Assembly (NCBI GenBank): GCA_963774265.1
Contig: CAVZDU010000008.1
Location: forward strand, 64,001-128,000
DNA: 64,000 bases
Reading direction: 5' to 3'
Origin: an uncultured Chloroflexia bacterium
GTDB lineage: Bacteria; Chloroflexota; Anaerolineae; CG2-30-64-16
Shown here: positions 1 through 10,815 of the stretch, piece after piece
Layout of the letters: each line of letters begins with the position of its first letter
Numbering within the stretch: the stretch's first letter is position 1
Notes under the pieces: generated by a model
What the model was told of the DNA's origin: nothing
Database searches by the model: none
The model's input: the letters and a program-made list of their open reading frames with translations, nothing else
Position numbers and translations under genes: made by a program

Positions 1-1
1 G

Positions 2-655
2 GTGGGCCTCGTCCTGATCGACCTCAACGAGAAGGCCCTCAAGGCCACCGCCGACGCCTGCGAGGCGGCCGGCTCGAAGGTCGTTGCCTTTGCGGGCGAC
101 GTGACCAAGCCGGAGACCTTCGAGCGCGCGCTCAAGGAGACGCTCGACACCTTCGGCAAGGTCGATTTCCTCATCAATTACGCGGGCGGCGCGCTCAAGG
201 TGGCGCCCATCGAGGAGATGGACGATGCCATCAACCGCCGCATCATCGACCTGAACCTCACCAGCACGATCATGAGCTGCCGGACCTTCACGCCGCAGTT
301 CAAGAAGCAGGGCTACGGCAAGATCATCAACGTGTCCAGCGCGTGCGACCGCCGCTCGTGGCCGGGGTGGTCGGTCTACTCCGCCGCCAAGGCCGGCGTC
401 AACGCCTTCACGAAGTGCCTCTACACCGAGCTGCGGCCCCACGGCATCGCCGTCACGCTCCTCGTGCCGGGCGGATCCAACACCGGCTTCCAGGCGGCGG
501 CAGCAGGCGTCAACAAGTTCGAGTGGGACGAGTATCTGGCCGTGCGCCCCGAGCACTTCGCCGACATGGTGTACCAGACCTGCGCGCTCTCGAAGGGCGG
601 ATGCGTCTCCGAGATGCTGGTTTACGGGCTGGCGCAGGACGTCAGCGGTTTCTGA
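2..655 (+). CDS. SDR family oxidoreductase (5'-truncated by window edge)
   Basis: LINYAG (NNAG-like), IINVSS and catalytic YSAAK motifs; the N-terminal TGxxxGxG lies outside the window. Confidence 0.9.
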   Translation: MGLVLIDLNEKALKATADACEAAGSKVVAFAGDVTKPETFERALKETLDTFGKVDFLINYAGGALKVAPIEEMDDAINRRIIDLNLTSTIMSCRTFTPQFKKQGYGKIINVSSACDRRSWPGWSVYSAAKAGVNAFTKCLYTELRPHGIAVTLLVPGGSNTGFQAAAAGVNKFEWDEYLAVRPEHFADMVYQTCALSKGGCVSEMLVYGLAQDVSGF

Positions 656-722
656 TACGCATAGGGAATTGGCAAAGCCTGAACAAGGTCGTTGGTCAGG
701 ACAAAACCCACGTTCCGGATGC

Positions 723-735
723 AGGAGGTGATCCA
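723..735 (+). promoter_or_regulatory. Extended Shine-Dalgarno-like element with no start codon (STAB-SD candidate)
   Basis: AGGAGGTGATCCA is complementary to the 16S rRNA 3' end; no ATG at SD spacing; the downstream gene has its own RBS (AAGGAG) before ATG 803. Confidence 0.45.
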
Positions 736-802
736 TCTGTAGTCAACTGATTCCCGACATTCGCCCAACCAAACCCATAGAGCAAAAAGGAGAAGACTCA
801 AA

Positions 803-2949
803 ATGAAGAAGCTGTTCGCTCTAGTGGCTCTGCTGGTGCTCGCCAGCCTGGTCCTGTCCGCCTGCCGCGACCCCCGCGCCCGCTCCGGCGGCTGCGCCCA
901 CCCAGGTGCCCGCAGCTGCACCGACCGTGGCGCCGGCGGAACCCACCAAGGCCCGCCGAGCCCGCTGCACCGGCGGCGACCGAGTACAAGCCGGCGACCT
1001 ACTACGCCGAAGAAGATTGCGTTCTTCGTATCGGACCTGATCGAACGTGTTCCACCAGGGGCAGGCGACCGAGGCGAAGAAGTACGCCAAGGATAAGTAC
1101 GGCGCCGAGGTGTTCATCTTCGACGGCAAGTCGGACTCGGCGACGATGACGGCGAACGTGGACCAGATCATGGCCCAGGGCATGGACGCCGCGACCCTGC
1201 ACGTCTGGGACGATCCGGCGGCACTGCCGGCGGTGAAGGAAATGCTCGCCAAGGGCATCATCCTGACGTCGTTCTTCAGCCCGATGGGCGATACGGGCAT
1301 TCCGGTCGCGCGCAGCGACGAGAAGGGTGTCTCGTTCGCGATGGGCGCCGAGATGGCGAAGCAGTGGAAGGCAGCGCACCCGGACAAGCCGATCGTGATG
1401 GTGGAGTTGGGCTGGCCGAACCACACCGAGGTGAAGTCGGGCCGGACGGATCCGTTCGTGGCAGGGTGTGCTGTCGGTGGACCCGACGGCGACGGACCTG
1501 GGCTGCCTGGATGCGAGCAAGGGCGCCGATGCGGCGAAGCAGATCATCACGGACCTGGTGACGCAGCATCCGGAAGTGAACCTGATCTACTCGGAAGCGT
1601 CGAACCTGACGGTCGGGACGATGGCCGGCCTGACGCAGGCGGGCCGCGGCAAGATGGACGATGGCAAGCCGCTGACGGAGATCGTGGCCAGCGTCGACTT
1701 CGACCCGGTCGAGTACGAGCAGGTGTACGACCCGAACAGCTCGCTGAAGTTCTCCATGGGTCTGCCGCCGATCGAGACCGGCCACGGCCGCATCGACCTG
1801 ATCATGGACGTGGCGCAGGGCAAGATCCCGATGACCTCGAACCCGGCCAAGGAGCAGTTCTACAAGGCTTACGACGTCAACTTCTACACGATGCCGCAGG
1901 CCGATGCTGCGACCTGGCTGAACACCCAGTTCGGCACCAACATCACTCCGCCCGTAGCTGCGGCTGCGCCCGCGGCGAGCGAGTACAAGCCGGCGACCGA
2001 CACGCCGAAGAAGATTGCGTTCTTCGTATCGGACCTGATCGAACGTGTTCCACCAGGGGCAGGCGACCGAGGCGAAGAAGTACGCCAAGGAGAAGTACGG
2101 CGCCGAGGTGTTCATCTTCGACGGCAAGTCGGACTCGGCGACGATGACGGCGAACGTGGACCAGATCATGGCCCAGGGCATGGACGCCGCGACCCTGCAC
2201 GTCTGGGACGATCCGGCGGCACTGCCGGCGGTGAAGGAAATGCTCGCCAAGGGCATCATCCTGACGTCGTTCTTCAGCCCGATGGGCGATACGGGCATTC
2301 CGGTCGCGCGCAGCGACGAGAAGGGTGTCTCGTTTGCGATGGGCGCCGAGATGGCGAAGAAGTGGAAGGCAGCGCACCCGGACAAGCCGATCGTGATGGT
2401 GGAGCTGGGCTGGCCGAACCACACCGAGGTGAAGTCGGGCCGCACGGATCCGTTCGTGGCAGGGTGTGCTGTCGGTGGACCCGACGGCGACGGACCTGGG
2501 CTGCCTGGATGGGAGCAAGGGCGCAGATGCGGCGAAGCAGATCATCACGGACCTGGTGACGCAGCATCCGGAAGTGAACCTGATCTACTCGGAAGCGTCG
2601 AACCTGACGGTCGGGACGATGGCCGGGTTGACGCAAGCGGGCCGCGGCAAGTATGGACGATGGCAAGCCGCTGACGGAGATCGTGGCCAGCGTCGACTTC
2701 GACCCGGTCGAGTACGAGCAGGTGTACGACCCGAACAGCTCGCTGAAGTTCTCCATGGGTCTGCCGCCGATCGAGACCGGCCACGGCCGCATCGACCTGA
2801 TCATGGACGTCGCGCAGGGCAAGATCCCGATGACCTCGAACCCGGCCAAGGAGCAGTTCTACAAGGCTTACAACGTCAACTTCTATACGATGCCGCAAGC
2901 CGACGCTGCGACCTGGCTCAACACCCAGTTCGGCACCAATATCAAATAG
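803..2949 (+). CDS. Sugar ABC transporter substrate-binding lipoprotein with two tandem periplasmic-binding (RbsB-like) modules; split by indels
   Basis: Signal peptide with lipobox LSAC and Ala/Pro linker; fragments KIAFFVSDL / FHQGQATEAKKYAK..FIFDGKSD / LSVDP..DLVTQHPEVNLIY each occur twice; first gene of an ABC operon. Confidence 0.85.
982..2939 (+). repeat. ~1 kb near-identical tandem direct repeat (copies ~982-1940 and ~1981-2939)
   Basis: Both copies start gagtacaagccggcgacc and end cagttcggcaccaa; offset 998-999 nt; scattered substitutions between copies. Confidence 0.95.
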
Positions 2950-2962
2950 CTCACTTTGGACA

Positions 2963-2995
2963 GGACCTTCGAGGTCAGCGAGGCCTCGAAGGTCC
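2963..2995. repeat. Intergenic hairpin / REP-like palindrome after the binding-protein gene
   Basis: ggaccttcgagg-N9-cctcgaaggtcc, perfect 12-bp arms. Confidence 0.75.
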
Positions 2996-3074
2996 GGGTG
3001 TGATCTCCAGGGAGGGGGGGTGAAAGCCTCCCTCCCATCAGCAGGAGCATGCCTCAGGGGAGGAGGTCGGCTGC

Positions 3075-4625
3075 ATGGAACTGACAGAAAACGTTCTCGA
3101 AATCAGGGATCTGGTTAAAGAGTTCCCGAGCGTGCGGGCAGTCAACAACGTCAGTTTCGACATCAAGCGCAACACCGTCCACTGCCTCGTCGGCGAGAAC
3201 GGCGCCGGGAAGAGCACGCTGATCAAGATCCTCACCGGCGCATACCAACGCACCAGCGGCAAAATCCTGCTGAACGGCCAGGAGTATGCGGCGGCGAGCA
3301 CGAAAGAAGCCAAGGAAAAGGGCATCAGCACGCTTTTCCAGGAGCTGAACGTGGTCGATCAGCTCACGATTGAAGAAAACCTTACGTTGGGCATGGAGGA
3401 TACGCGGTTCGGTTTCCTCCGCAAGACGGACAAGATCAACAAGATCGTGAGCGTGATGAACAGCCTGGAGCCGTCTATCGACCCCAAGCAAATGGTCTCC
3501 GACCTGAGCGTGGCCAGGAAGCAAATCGTGGAGATCGCGAAGGCAGTTGCGACCGAGTCGGACATCATCATCATGGACGAGCCGACTGCGGCCCTGTCCG
3601 AAGCTGAAATCGCCAGGCTTTTCAAGATCATTCGGGGCTTGCGCGAGCGTAACGTCACCGTCATCTACATCTCCCACCGGCTCGACGAAATCTTCGAGCT
3701 TGGCGACTACGTCACCGTGATGCGCGACGGCCGCCACATCGACACCAAGCCCATTTCGCAAGTGAAAGACCGGTCGGAACTAATCAAGATGATGATCGGC
3801 CACACGGTCTTCGAGCAGTACACGCCCCGAGACCGTGACTGCGATGATATCATCCTCGAAGTGCGCAACCTATCCAACCACAAGCTCCAGGACATCTCCT
3901 TCTCCGTCCCCAGGGGCGAAATCGCGGGGTTCTACGGTCTGGTCGGTGCGGGCAAAACAGAGCTGGCGCGGGCCATCTACGGCGCGGACCCGTATACAGG
4001 CGACATCATCTTCAAAGGCAAGAAACTGCGCGGCTCGACCGATCGGGTCATTGAGGCAGGCATCGCGCTGGTCCCCGAAGAACGGCGCTCGCAGGGCCTG
4101 TTCACGTTGCTCACAATCAGGGGCAACGTGCCGGTTATGAATATGAAGAAGGTCTCCCGCGGTGGCTTCGTCAACGGAGCCCAGGAGCGGGCGGTCACGC
4201 TCGAATATATCGACAAGCTACGGATCGCAACCAGCAGCACCGAGAAGGAGGCCGCGCAGCTATCGGGCGGCAACCAACAGAAGGTCGTGCTCTCGAAGTG
4301 CCTGTTTGCCGACGCGGATCTCCTGATGCTTGACGAGCCCACACGCGGCATCGACGTTGGCGCGAAGAGCGAGATCTATACCCTCATCCGCCAGCTTGCC
4401 GCCGAGGGCAAGTCAATCCTGATCTTTTCTTCCGAGCTCCCCGAGGTGATGAACATCTGCGACACGATCTACCTCCTCTACGACGGGAGTGTGAAGGAGA
4501 CGGTTCGCAACGGCTGTGACGTCGATAGCGAACTGATCATGCACGCCGTGAGCGGAGTCGCCTCCGGCGGCGGGATCGACGGCAACGGCACCCAGGGCGC
4601 CAGCAAGGCGACGGAGGCAGAATGA
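3075..4625 (+). CDS. Sugar ABC transporter ATP-binding protein (RbsA/MglA type, two NBDs)
   Basis: Walker A GENGAGKST, MDEPT, second NBD LSGGNQQKV and LDEPTRGIDVGAK. Confidence 0.97.
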   Translation: MELTENVLEIRDLVKEFPSVRAVNNVSFDIKRNTVHCLVGENGAGKSTLIKILTGAYQRTSGKILLNGQEYAAASTKEAKEKGISTLFQELNVVDQLTIEENLTLGMEDTRFGFLRKTDKINKIVSVMNSLEPSIDPKQMVSDLSVARKQIVEIAKAVATESDIIIMDEPTAALSEAEIARLFKIIRGLRERNVTVIYISHRLDEIFELGDYVTVMRDGRHIDTKPISQVKDRSELIKMMIGHTVFEQYTPRDRDCDDIILEVRNLSNHKLQDISFSVPRGEIAGFYGLVGAGKTELARAIYGADPYTGDIIFKGKKLRGSTDRVIEAGIALVPEERRSQGLFTLLTIRGNVPVMNMKKVSRGGFVNGAQERAVTLEYIDKLRIATSSTEKEAAQLSGGNQQKVVLSKCLFADADLLMLDEPTRGIDVGAKSEIYTLIRQLAAEGKSILIFSSELPEVMNICDTIYLLYDGSVKETVRNGCDVDSELIMHAVSGVASGGGIDGNGTQGASKATEAE

Positions 4626-5659
4626 GCGTCCAGACAACCGCGCCGGCACAGAAGAAGCGCGCGACAAGCCGCATGAGCAACGAGACGTATATCACCCTGT
4701 TCATGGTCGGCGTTCTCCTCGTCGTCTTCCTTGTCGCCTGCATCTTCGTGCCGAACTTCTATAAGCCTCAGAATATTATCAATATTCTGACCAACAGCTG
4801 GTACATCGTGATCCTCGGCATCGGCGTGAGCTTCCTGTTGATCACGGGGAACTTCGACATGTCGGTTGGAGGGGTGATTGCGCTCACAGGCGTCCTCTCC
4901 GTGTATTTCTGTCAGGGAGTGAACGTCTCGCGAAATGAGCTGGCCAACGGCCTTGGCTTCCCATACCCCGTCGCAATTGGAGCCGCACTTCTCTGCGCCA
5001 TGGCCGTCGGCGGGGTGAACGCGTTCTTTGTTGCGAAGCTTAAAGTGCCGTCGATCATCGTCACACTGGGGACTATGATGCTGGCGCGCGGCGTTGCCCA
5101 GGTCATCACCCAGGGCGCGCAGCGCAACACCAGCCTGCCGAAGGTCTTCGGTGTCATCGGCAACGCGGCAATCCCCGGCACCTCTCTCAAGGTTTCGGTA
5201 GTGATCATGGTCGTGCTCCTGATCGTTGCCTTTCTCTTTGAGCGCAGGACCGTATTTGGGCGGCGAACATACCAGATTGGCGCCAACCAGGAGGCGGCCC
5301 GACTGTCAGGGATCAAGGTCTCCCGCCACCTCACGATGCTCTTCATTCTCAGCGCACTGCTGGCCGGCATCACCGGGATCCTCCTTGCTTCGGAGTACAA
5401 GGCCGGCCTCTCGAACCGCGCCATGGGATACGAATTCGACGCGTTGGTGGTTGCGCTGCTGGGCGGCGTGAGCATCGCGGGCGGCTTCGGGTCAGTGCTG
5501 GGCATGTTCGTGGGTGCGATCCTTCTCTCCGTGATGACCTCGGCGGCGACTGGCCTGCTGCTCTCACCCGACTTACAGTATACGCTCAAGGCCGTGGTGA
5601 CCTTCATCGCGATTCTTGCGCAACGCTGGGCCGTTGACCGGCGCAGCCGCCAGGGCTAA
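4622..5659 (+). CDS. Sugar ABC transporter permease (RbsC-like)
   Basis: Multi-TM; FDMSVG, GRRTYQIGANQEAARLSGI, LLGGVSIAGGFGS. Confidence 0.95.
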   Translation: MSVQTTAPAQKKRATSRMSNETYITLFMVGVLLVVFLVACIFVPNFYKPQNIINILTNSWYIVILGIGVSFLLITGNFDMSVGGVIALTGVLSVYFCQGVNVSRNELANGLGFPYPVAIGAALLCAMAVGGVNAFFVAKLKVPSIIVTLGTMMLARGVAQVITQGAQRNTSLPKVFGVIGNAAIPGTSLKVSVVIMVVLLIVAFLFERRTVFGRRTYQIGANQEAARLSGIKVSRHLTMLFILSALLAGITGILLASEYKAGLSNRAMGYEFDALVVALLGGVSIAGGFGSVLGMFVGAILLSVMTSAATGLLLSPDLQYTLKAVVTFIAILAQRWAVDRRSRQG

Positions 5660-5670
5660 AGGAGACGATC

Positions 5671-6714
5671 GTGACAACCACTCAAGCATCCATGCGGAAG
5701 ACCACCAGTCAGAGTGACCGCTCTGATGCCTTGCGGGCGGCCGTCAAGAAGTACTACATCTACGTGGTCTTGCTGGTGATCGTGATCGCCTTCAGCCTCG
5801 CCAAGGTTAACGAGGTCGGATTGTTCGGGAGGGGGGCCTTCCTCAGCCCGGACAGTGTGATTAACATGTTTCGCATCTCGGCGCCGATCCTGACGCTGAG
5901 CGGTGCGTTCACGCTGCTGATGATCTCAGGGTACATCGACCTGTCGGTGGGCAGCGCGATGAGTCTCGCCGCGGTTGTGTTCAGCTTTATGATCTTGAAT
6001 GGGTTCGCCTTCCTCCCGGCGTTCCTGATCACGCTGGTCGTGGGGATAGGGATGGGCCTGCTCAACGGCTTTAACGTCATGAAGCTCCGCATCACGCCCG
6101 TGATCGCCACCCTGGTCACACTGAACCTATTCAAGGGTATCGCCCTGCTCATCGTGCCCGACGGCACATCCGCGATCAAGAGCACAGCCACACAGAAAAT
6201 GCCCGCGATGATCAACTACTACGCCCGGCAACCTGTGATTCTCGGCTTGCCTCTGGCCTTCTTCGTTGCGGTCGCTGTCATCATCGGTTTGGTGATCGTG
6301 CAGCGGAAGACGATCCTGGGCAAGTACGCCGCGGCGATCGGTGGCAACCGGATTGCGGCCGAGTTGTCCGGCATCAACCCGGTTAAGTATGTTTGGCTGC
6401 TGTACGTGATCGTCGGGTTCTTCGCAGCCGCGGCCGGAGTCGCGCGGGCGAGCTACATGTCGCTGGGAGATCCACTATCCGGCGATGGCATGGAACTCGA
6501 CTGCATCATCGCCGTACTGCTTGGCGGGACCGCGTTTTCGGGTGGCGAGGGATCGGTTGCCAAGACCATGATCGCGGCCCTGATTCTCATGTGCGTGACA
6601 ACCGGCCTGATGACTGTTATACCAGCCTATTGGCAAGTCTTGGCGAAAGGCAGCGTGCTGCTGTTCGCCGTTGTGTTGAATCACGTGCTAGTGCGGCGTC
6701 GCGCGCTCGCGTAG
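5671..6714 (+). CDS. Sugar ABC transporter permease (RbsC-like)
   Basis: IDLSVGS, AIGGNRIAAELSGI, LLGGTAFSGGEGS. Confidence 0.95.
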   Translation: MTTTQASMRKTTSQSDRSDALRAAVKKYYIYVVLLVIVIAFSLAKVNEVGLFGRGAFLSPDSVINMFRISAPILTLSGAFTLLMISGYIDLSVGSAMSLAAVVFSFMILNGFAFLPAFLITLVVGIGMGLLNGFNVMKLRITPVIATLVTLNLFKGIALLIVPDGTSAIKSTATQKMPAMINYYARQPVILGLPLAFFVAVAVIIGLVIVQRKTILGKYAAAIGGNRIAAELSGINPVKYVWLLYVIVGFFAAAAGVARASYMSLGDPLSGDGMELDCIIAVLLGGTAFSGGEGSVAKTMIAALILMCVTTGLMTVIPAYWQVLAKGSVLLFAVVLNHVLVRRRALA

Positions 6715-6733
6715 CAGTCGAGGGAGGTGGGCC

Positions 6734-8010
6734 GTGGTCGATCCCCGGGAACGGTACGCGCTGCGGTCGTTGGCTGCGCGCTGGATGGCGCACGCGACGA
6801 ACCCGATCATGCCAGAACGGCGGCGGCAGTGGCGGGCCATCAAGGATCTCCGAATGGAGAAGCCTATGATCCTCGTCGAGACGTGCATGCTGCCCGACTA
6901 CATCGGCAAGGACGAGCTCGTCTGCGAGGACCCGTACCTGCGCAACATCGAGAAATCGCTCTACGAGATCGTTCGCCACGCGGACGAGATCGGCGATGAC
7001 ATCGTCGTAGACCCGTACTTCCGCATCCCCTGGGCGGTTGAGGTCGGCGACTTACGGCATCCCCATCGTGGCCTTCCATGCAACGAGCTGCGACGGGAGC
7101 GACCTCGGCTACTCTTTCGAATTTGGCGTGCAATCCGAGGCCGATGCCGCGAAGCTGCACCTGCGAGAGCGTCATCTGGATCGCGCATTGAGCCATCAGC
7201 GGCAAGAGCTGCTTCTCGACATCTTCGGGGACATCCTGCCGGTGCGCCTGGGCGGCTACGATCCCTTCTATGTGGAGCCCGGTTACCGGCCATGGCTCGG
7301 CAACCTGTTCGGCGGGCTGACCATGGACCTCTTCAAGCTCATCGGGAACAACAACCTGCTCTACTGGGTCTACGACAAGCCCGAGCTCATCGACCGGATC
7401 ATGAAGCTGATCCACGACGACCGCGTCGACGCACTTCAAGTTCCTTGAGCACGAGGGCCTGCTTTACCGGAATACGGATACCTGGATGCCCTGCCCCGGC
7501 AGCTACGGGTTCGTCTCCGACCTGCCGGAGCCGACTGAGAACGACCAAGACGTGCAGATGAAGGACTGTTGGGTCTGGGTGGAGTCGCAGGAGAGCGCGC
7601 CCATCTCCCCGAAGATGTTCAACGAGTTCTTCCTGCCCTACATCGCCGACGTCACGCGACCGTTCGGCCTGGCATACTGGGGGTGCTGCGAAGGCCTACA
7701 CGACCGGTTCCCGTACATCGAGAAGGCGATCCCCAACCTGCGCGCGGTCAGCGTCTCGGGCTGGAGCGACCCGTGGCGCATGGCAGAGATGCTGGGCAAG
7801 AAATACGTCTTCTCGCGCAAACCGACCCCGGCCTACATCAGCGGCGCAAATCCCGACTGGGACCTGGTGGAGAAGGATGTCCGTGACACCCTCGCCGCCG
7901 CGAGAGACTGCAACCTGGAGCTGTGTTTCCGGGATATTTACACGATCGCCGGCGACCGGCCGCGCCTCGCGCGGTGGGTTGAGATGACGCGTGCGATGAT
8001 GAACGGCTGA
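6734..8010 (+). CDS. URO-D/methyltransferase-fold-like protein of unknown function (split by indels)
   Basis: Three consecutive frames join into ~425 aa; ISPKMFNEFFLPY, YWGCCEGLH, YVFSRKPTP resemble URO-D superfamily proteins. Confidence 0.65.
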
Positions 8011-8145
8011 GGAAATTCTGATTCAGCCGAGGATCTCGCGAAAGTCAATAGCGTGCTGGCAGCTCGCGCCGAGGCGCTTGCCAGAGACTGGTCGTGGGAC
8101 CCGTGACCGGAGGATGCTGGTGCAGACCCAAACCCCGGAGATGCA

Positions 8146-9033
8146 ATGATACCTGTTGGCCTCTACGAGAAGGCGCTTCCGGCCGAGTGGTCCTGGGAAA
8201 GACGCCTGGCGGCCACGGCCGAAGCCGGCTACGATTTCGCCGAAATTTCGATCGACGAGACCGAAGAACGGCTAACCCGTCTGGATTGGGCGGGTGGCCG
8301 AGCGCGCCGCGCTGCGCTGCGCCATTGCTACTTCCGGCGTGCGCATCCTGACGATGTGCCTCAGCGGGCACTCGCAAGTATCCACTGGGCAGCCACGCGC
8401 CGGAAATACGCCGTCGCGGGCTGGAGATCTTCCGCAAGGCGATTGACTTCGCCGTGGATATCGGGCTGGGGATCGTGCAGGTGCCGGGGTACGATGTCTT
8501 CGACGAGCCGACTGACGCGGATACCGCGGCCTACCTACCTGGATGGGCTGCACCAGGGAACCGAATGGGCCAGCCAGGCCTGCCTGATGCTGGGCCTGGA
8601 GAACGTTGACGTCTCCATTAGCGAGTCCATCACCGCCACGATGCGTTTGGTCACCGCGATCAACTCGCCCTGGTTCCAGTTGTACCCGGACATGGCCAAC
8701 GTGGCCGCCGCCGGCTTCTATCCGCCGGACGAGCTCAGGCTGGCCAAAGATCACATCGTGGCCGTGCACGTCAAAGACGGCGTTCTGAAAACGATTCGCG
8801 GCGTGCCGTTGGCGCGGGCATCGTGCCCTTCGCCGAAACATTCGAGGCGCTCCGGGAGTGCAGGTTTCGCGGCCCGCTGGTGGTGGAAATGTGGAGCCAC
8901 ATGGATCGCACCGGCGACCCGTTCGGCTCAGTCCGCGCCTGCGCGCGAGTTTGTCAGGCCCTATCAAGAGGTGTTGGATGCTTCTCGAAGAACTGCGAGA
9001 GATCGTCTGGAAATGCAACCTGGAGCTGCCTAA
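8146..9033 (+). CDS. ulaE: L-ribulose-5-phosphate 3-epimerase (UlaE/SgbU-like), split by indels; 3' end uncertain
   Basis: GLYEKALP..W..RL..AGYDFAEISIDETEERL, MCLSGHRKYPLG, LQLYPD-like, HVKD. Confidence 0.85.
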   Translation: MIPVGLYEKALPAEWSWERRLAATAEAGYDFAEISIDETEERLTRLDWAGGRARRAALRHCYFRRAHPDDVPQRALASIHWAATRRKYAVAGWRSSARRLTSPWISGWGSCRCRGTMSSTSRLTRIPRPTYLDGLHQGTEWASQACLMLGLENVDVSISESITATMRLVTAINSPWFQLYPDMANVAAAGFYPPDELRLAKDHIVAVHVKDGVLKTIRGVPLARASCPSPKHSRRSGSAGFAARWWWKCGATWIAPATRSAQSAPAREFVRPYQEVLDASRRTARDRLEMQPGAA

Positions 9034-9623
9034 GAACGACCTCGTCAAGATGACGAGCGGCAACATCAGCGGCCGCGATCCGGAGACCGGCCTGGTCGTC
9101 ATCAAGCCGAGCGGCTACAGCTACGAAGAGATGACAGCCCGGCGACATGGTCATCGTCGACATGGACGGCAAGGTCGTCGACGGCCACCTGACGCCCTCG
9201 GTGGACACCGAGACGCATCTTTACGTTTATGCCCACCGGCCAGACGTCTTGGGCATCGGCCACACGCATTCGCCCTACGCGAGCAGCTTCGCAGCGTTGG
9301 GCAGAGCCAATCCCGCCCTGCCTGACGGCTTCGGCGATGTTGGGCGGCGAGATTCCGCTGGGCAAATACGTGCCCATCGGCGGCGCGGCCATCGGCGCGG
9401 AGATCGTCGCCAAGATCGGCAACGCACGGGCGATCATCATGCAGAACCACGGGGTTTTCACCATCGGCAACTCGCCCAAGCAGGCCACCAAGATGGCCGT
9501 CGAGGTCGAGGAGATCGCCAAGATCACCCACCTGGCGCTGCTGATGGGCCAGCCGTCGTCCTGACGCCGGAGCAATTGGGCCAGATGGACGATCTGTACA
9601 CGAATCTCTACGGGCAAAAGTAA
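8978..9623 (+). CDS. araD: Class II aldolase family, L-ribulose-5-phosphate 4-epimerase (AraD/UlaF-like), split by indels
   Basis: TSGNISGRD..VIKPSG, PSVDTETH, HTHSPYA, NHG. Confidence 0.85.
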
Positions 9624-9639
9624 GGGGAGGGCTGATTCT

Positions 9640-10683
9640 TTGGCCGAGCTGACTTCCAAGGAACGCGTTATTTGCGCATTGCGACGGCAGGAACCGGACC
9701 GGGTGCCGCACTTCGAGTGGCTCGTGGACCGGAAAGTGCGGGACGCTTTCCTGCCTGGCTGCCAGGATCACAACGAGTTTGCGGTTCGCATGGGGCATGA
9801 TGCCGTCCTGGTGGACCCCAATTTCGCCAAGGAGCCGCTGAGCGACGGCCGGTATCGCAGCGAGTGGGGCTACATCGGGCAGAAGACCCAGGAGGAGCAC
9901 GGCATCGAGGTCGAGTCGCCCATCGCGAGCCTGGCCGACTTCGAGCGCTATACCCCGCCCGACCCCCTGGCGCCGGGCAGATACGCATCCATCGAAAAAA
10001 CGTTGGCGCAATACGGCGATCGATACGCAGTCATCGTCCACCTCAACGACGTGTTTTCGCTCCCGCGTTACCTCATGGGCATGGAGAACCTGCTCATGGC
10101 CATCGCAGCCGAGCCTGAGCTCGTGCAGGCGCTGGTGGACATGTCGGTCGATATCAACCTGGTGATGGCGAAGGAGCTCGTCGCACGGGGCGTGAAGATC
10201 GTCTACACGGGCGATGATTATGCATCCAGCAAAGGCCCGCTCATGTCGCCGCGGCACTTCCGCAAGCTCTTTTATCCCGGCCTGTGCCGGGTGATCGGCG
10301 GATTCAAGGAGCTGGGCCTGCTGGTCATCAAGCACACCGACGGCAACCTGTGGCCGATCCTGGACATGATTGTGGATTCTGGCATCGACTGCCTCGACCC
10401 CATCGACCCAAAGGGCGGCATGAGCCTCGCCGAGGTCAAAGCGAAGTACGGCCACCGGATCGCGATCAAGGGCAACGTGGATTGCGCGGACCTGCTGACC
10501 TTCGGCTCCGTTGAGGAGACAGTCGCAGCAACCAAACAGGCGCTGCGTGAAGGGATGCCGGGCGGCGGCTTCATCCTGTCGTCCAGCAACAGCATCCATT
10601 CAGGTGTCAAGCCGGAGAATTATGCGGCCATGATGCGAACAGTGCGCGAGTTTGGGAGCTACCCGCCGCTCGGAGATTTGTAG
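9640..10683 (+). CDS. Uroporphyrinogen decarboxylase-fold (URO-D/MtaA-like) protein
   Basis: EPDRVP, LMGMENLL, GDD..GPLMSP, HTDGN, GNVD, GGFILSSSNSI. Confidence 0.85.
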   Translation: MAELTSKERVICALRRQEPDRVPHFEWLVDRKVRDAFLPGCQDHNEFAVRMGHDAVLVDPNFAKEPLSDGRYRSEWGYIGQKTQEEHGIEVESPIASLADFERYTPPDPLAPGRYASIEKTLAQYGDRYAVIVHLNDVFSLPRYLMGMENLLMAIAAEPELVQALVDMSVDINLVMAKELVARGVKIVYTGDDYASSKGPLMSPRHFRKLFYPGLCRVIGGFKELGLLVIKHTDGNLWPILDMIVDSGIDCLDPIDPKGGMSLAEVKAKYGHRIAIKGNVDCADLLTFGSVEETVAATKQALREGMPGGGFILSSSNSIHSGVKPENYAAMMRTVREFGSYPPLGDL

Positions 10684-10815
10684 ATATGTTGCCCGGCACG
10701 AGCATCCTGAGTGGCGTGGCAGAGGCGTTCCCGCTTGTGAGGTCGAAGGAGGCTCGGCTCTGGCCAAATTGTTGCTCCGCAATCGGCCATTAACCATCCA
10801 TGGTAAGGTGCGACG

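Noticed and set aside
9151-10599. Long antisense ORFs (e.g. 482 aa here, also 18998-19975, 27970-28902, 34009-35037)
   Set aside because: Shadow ORFs of GC-rich genes with no recognisable motifs
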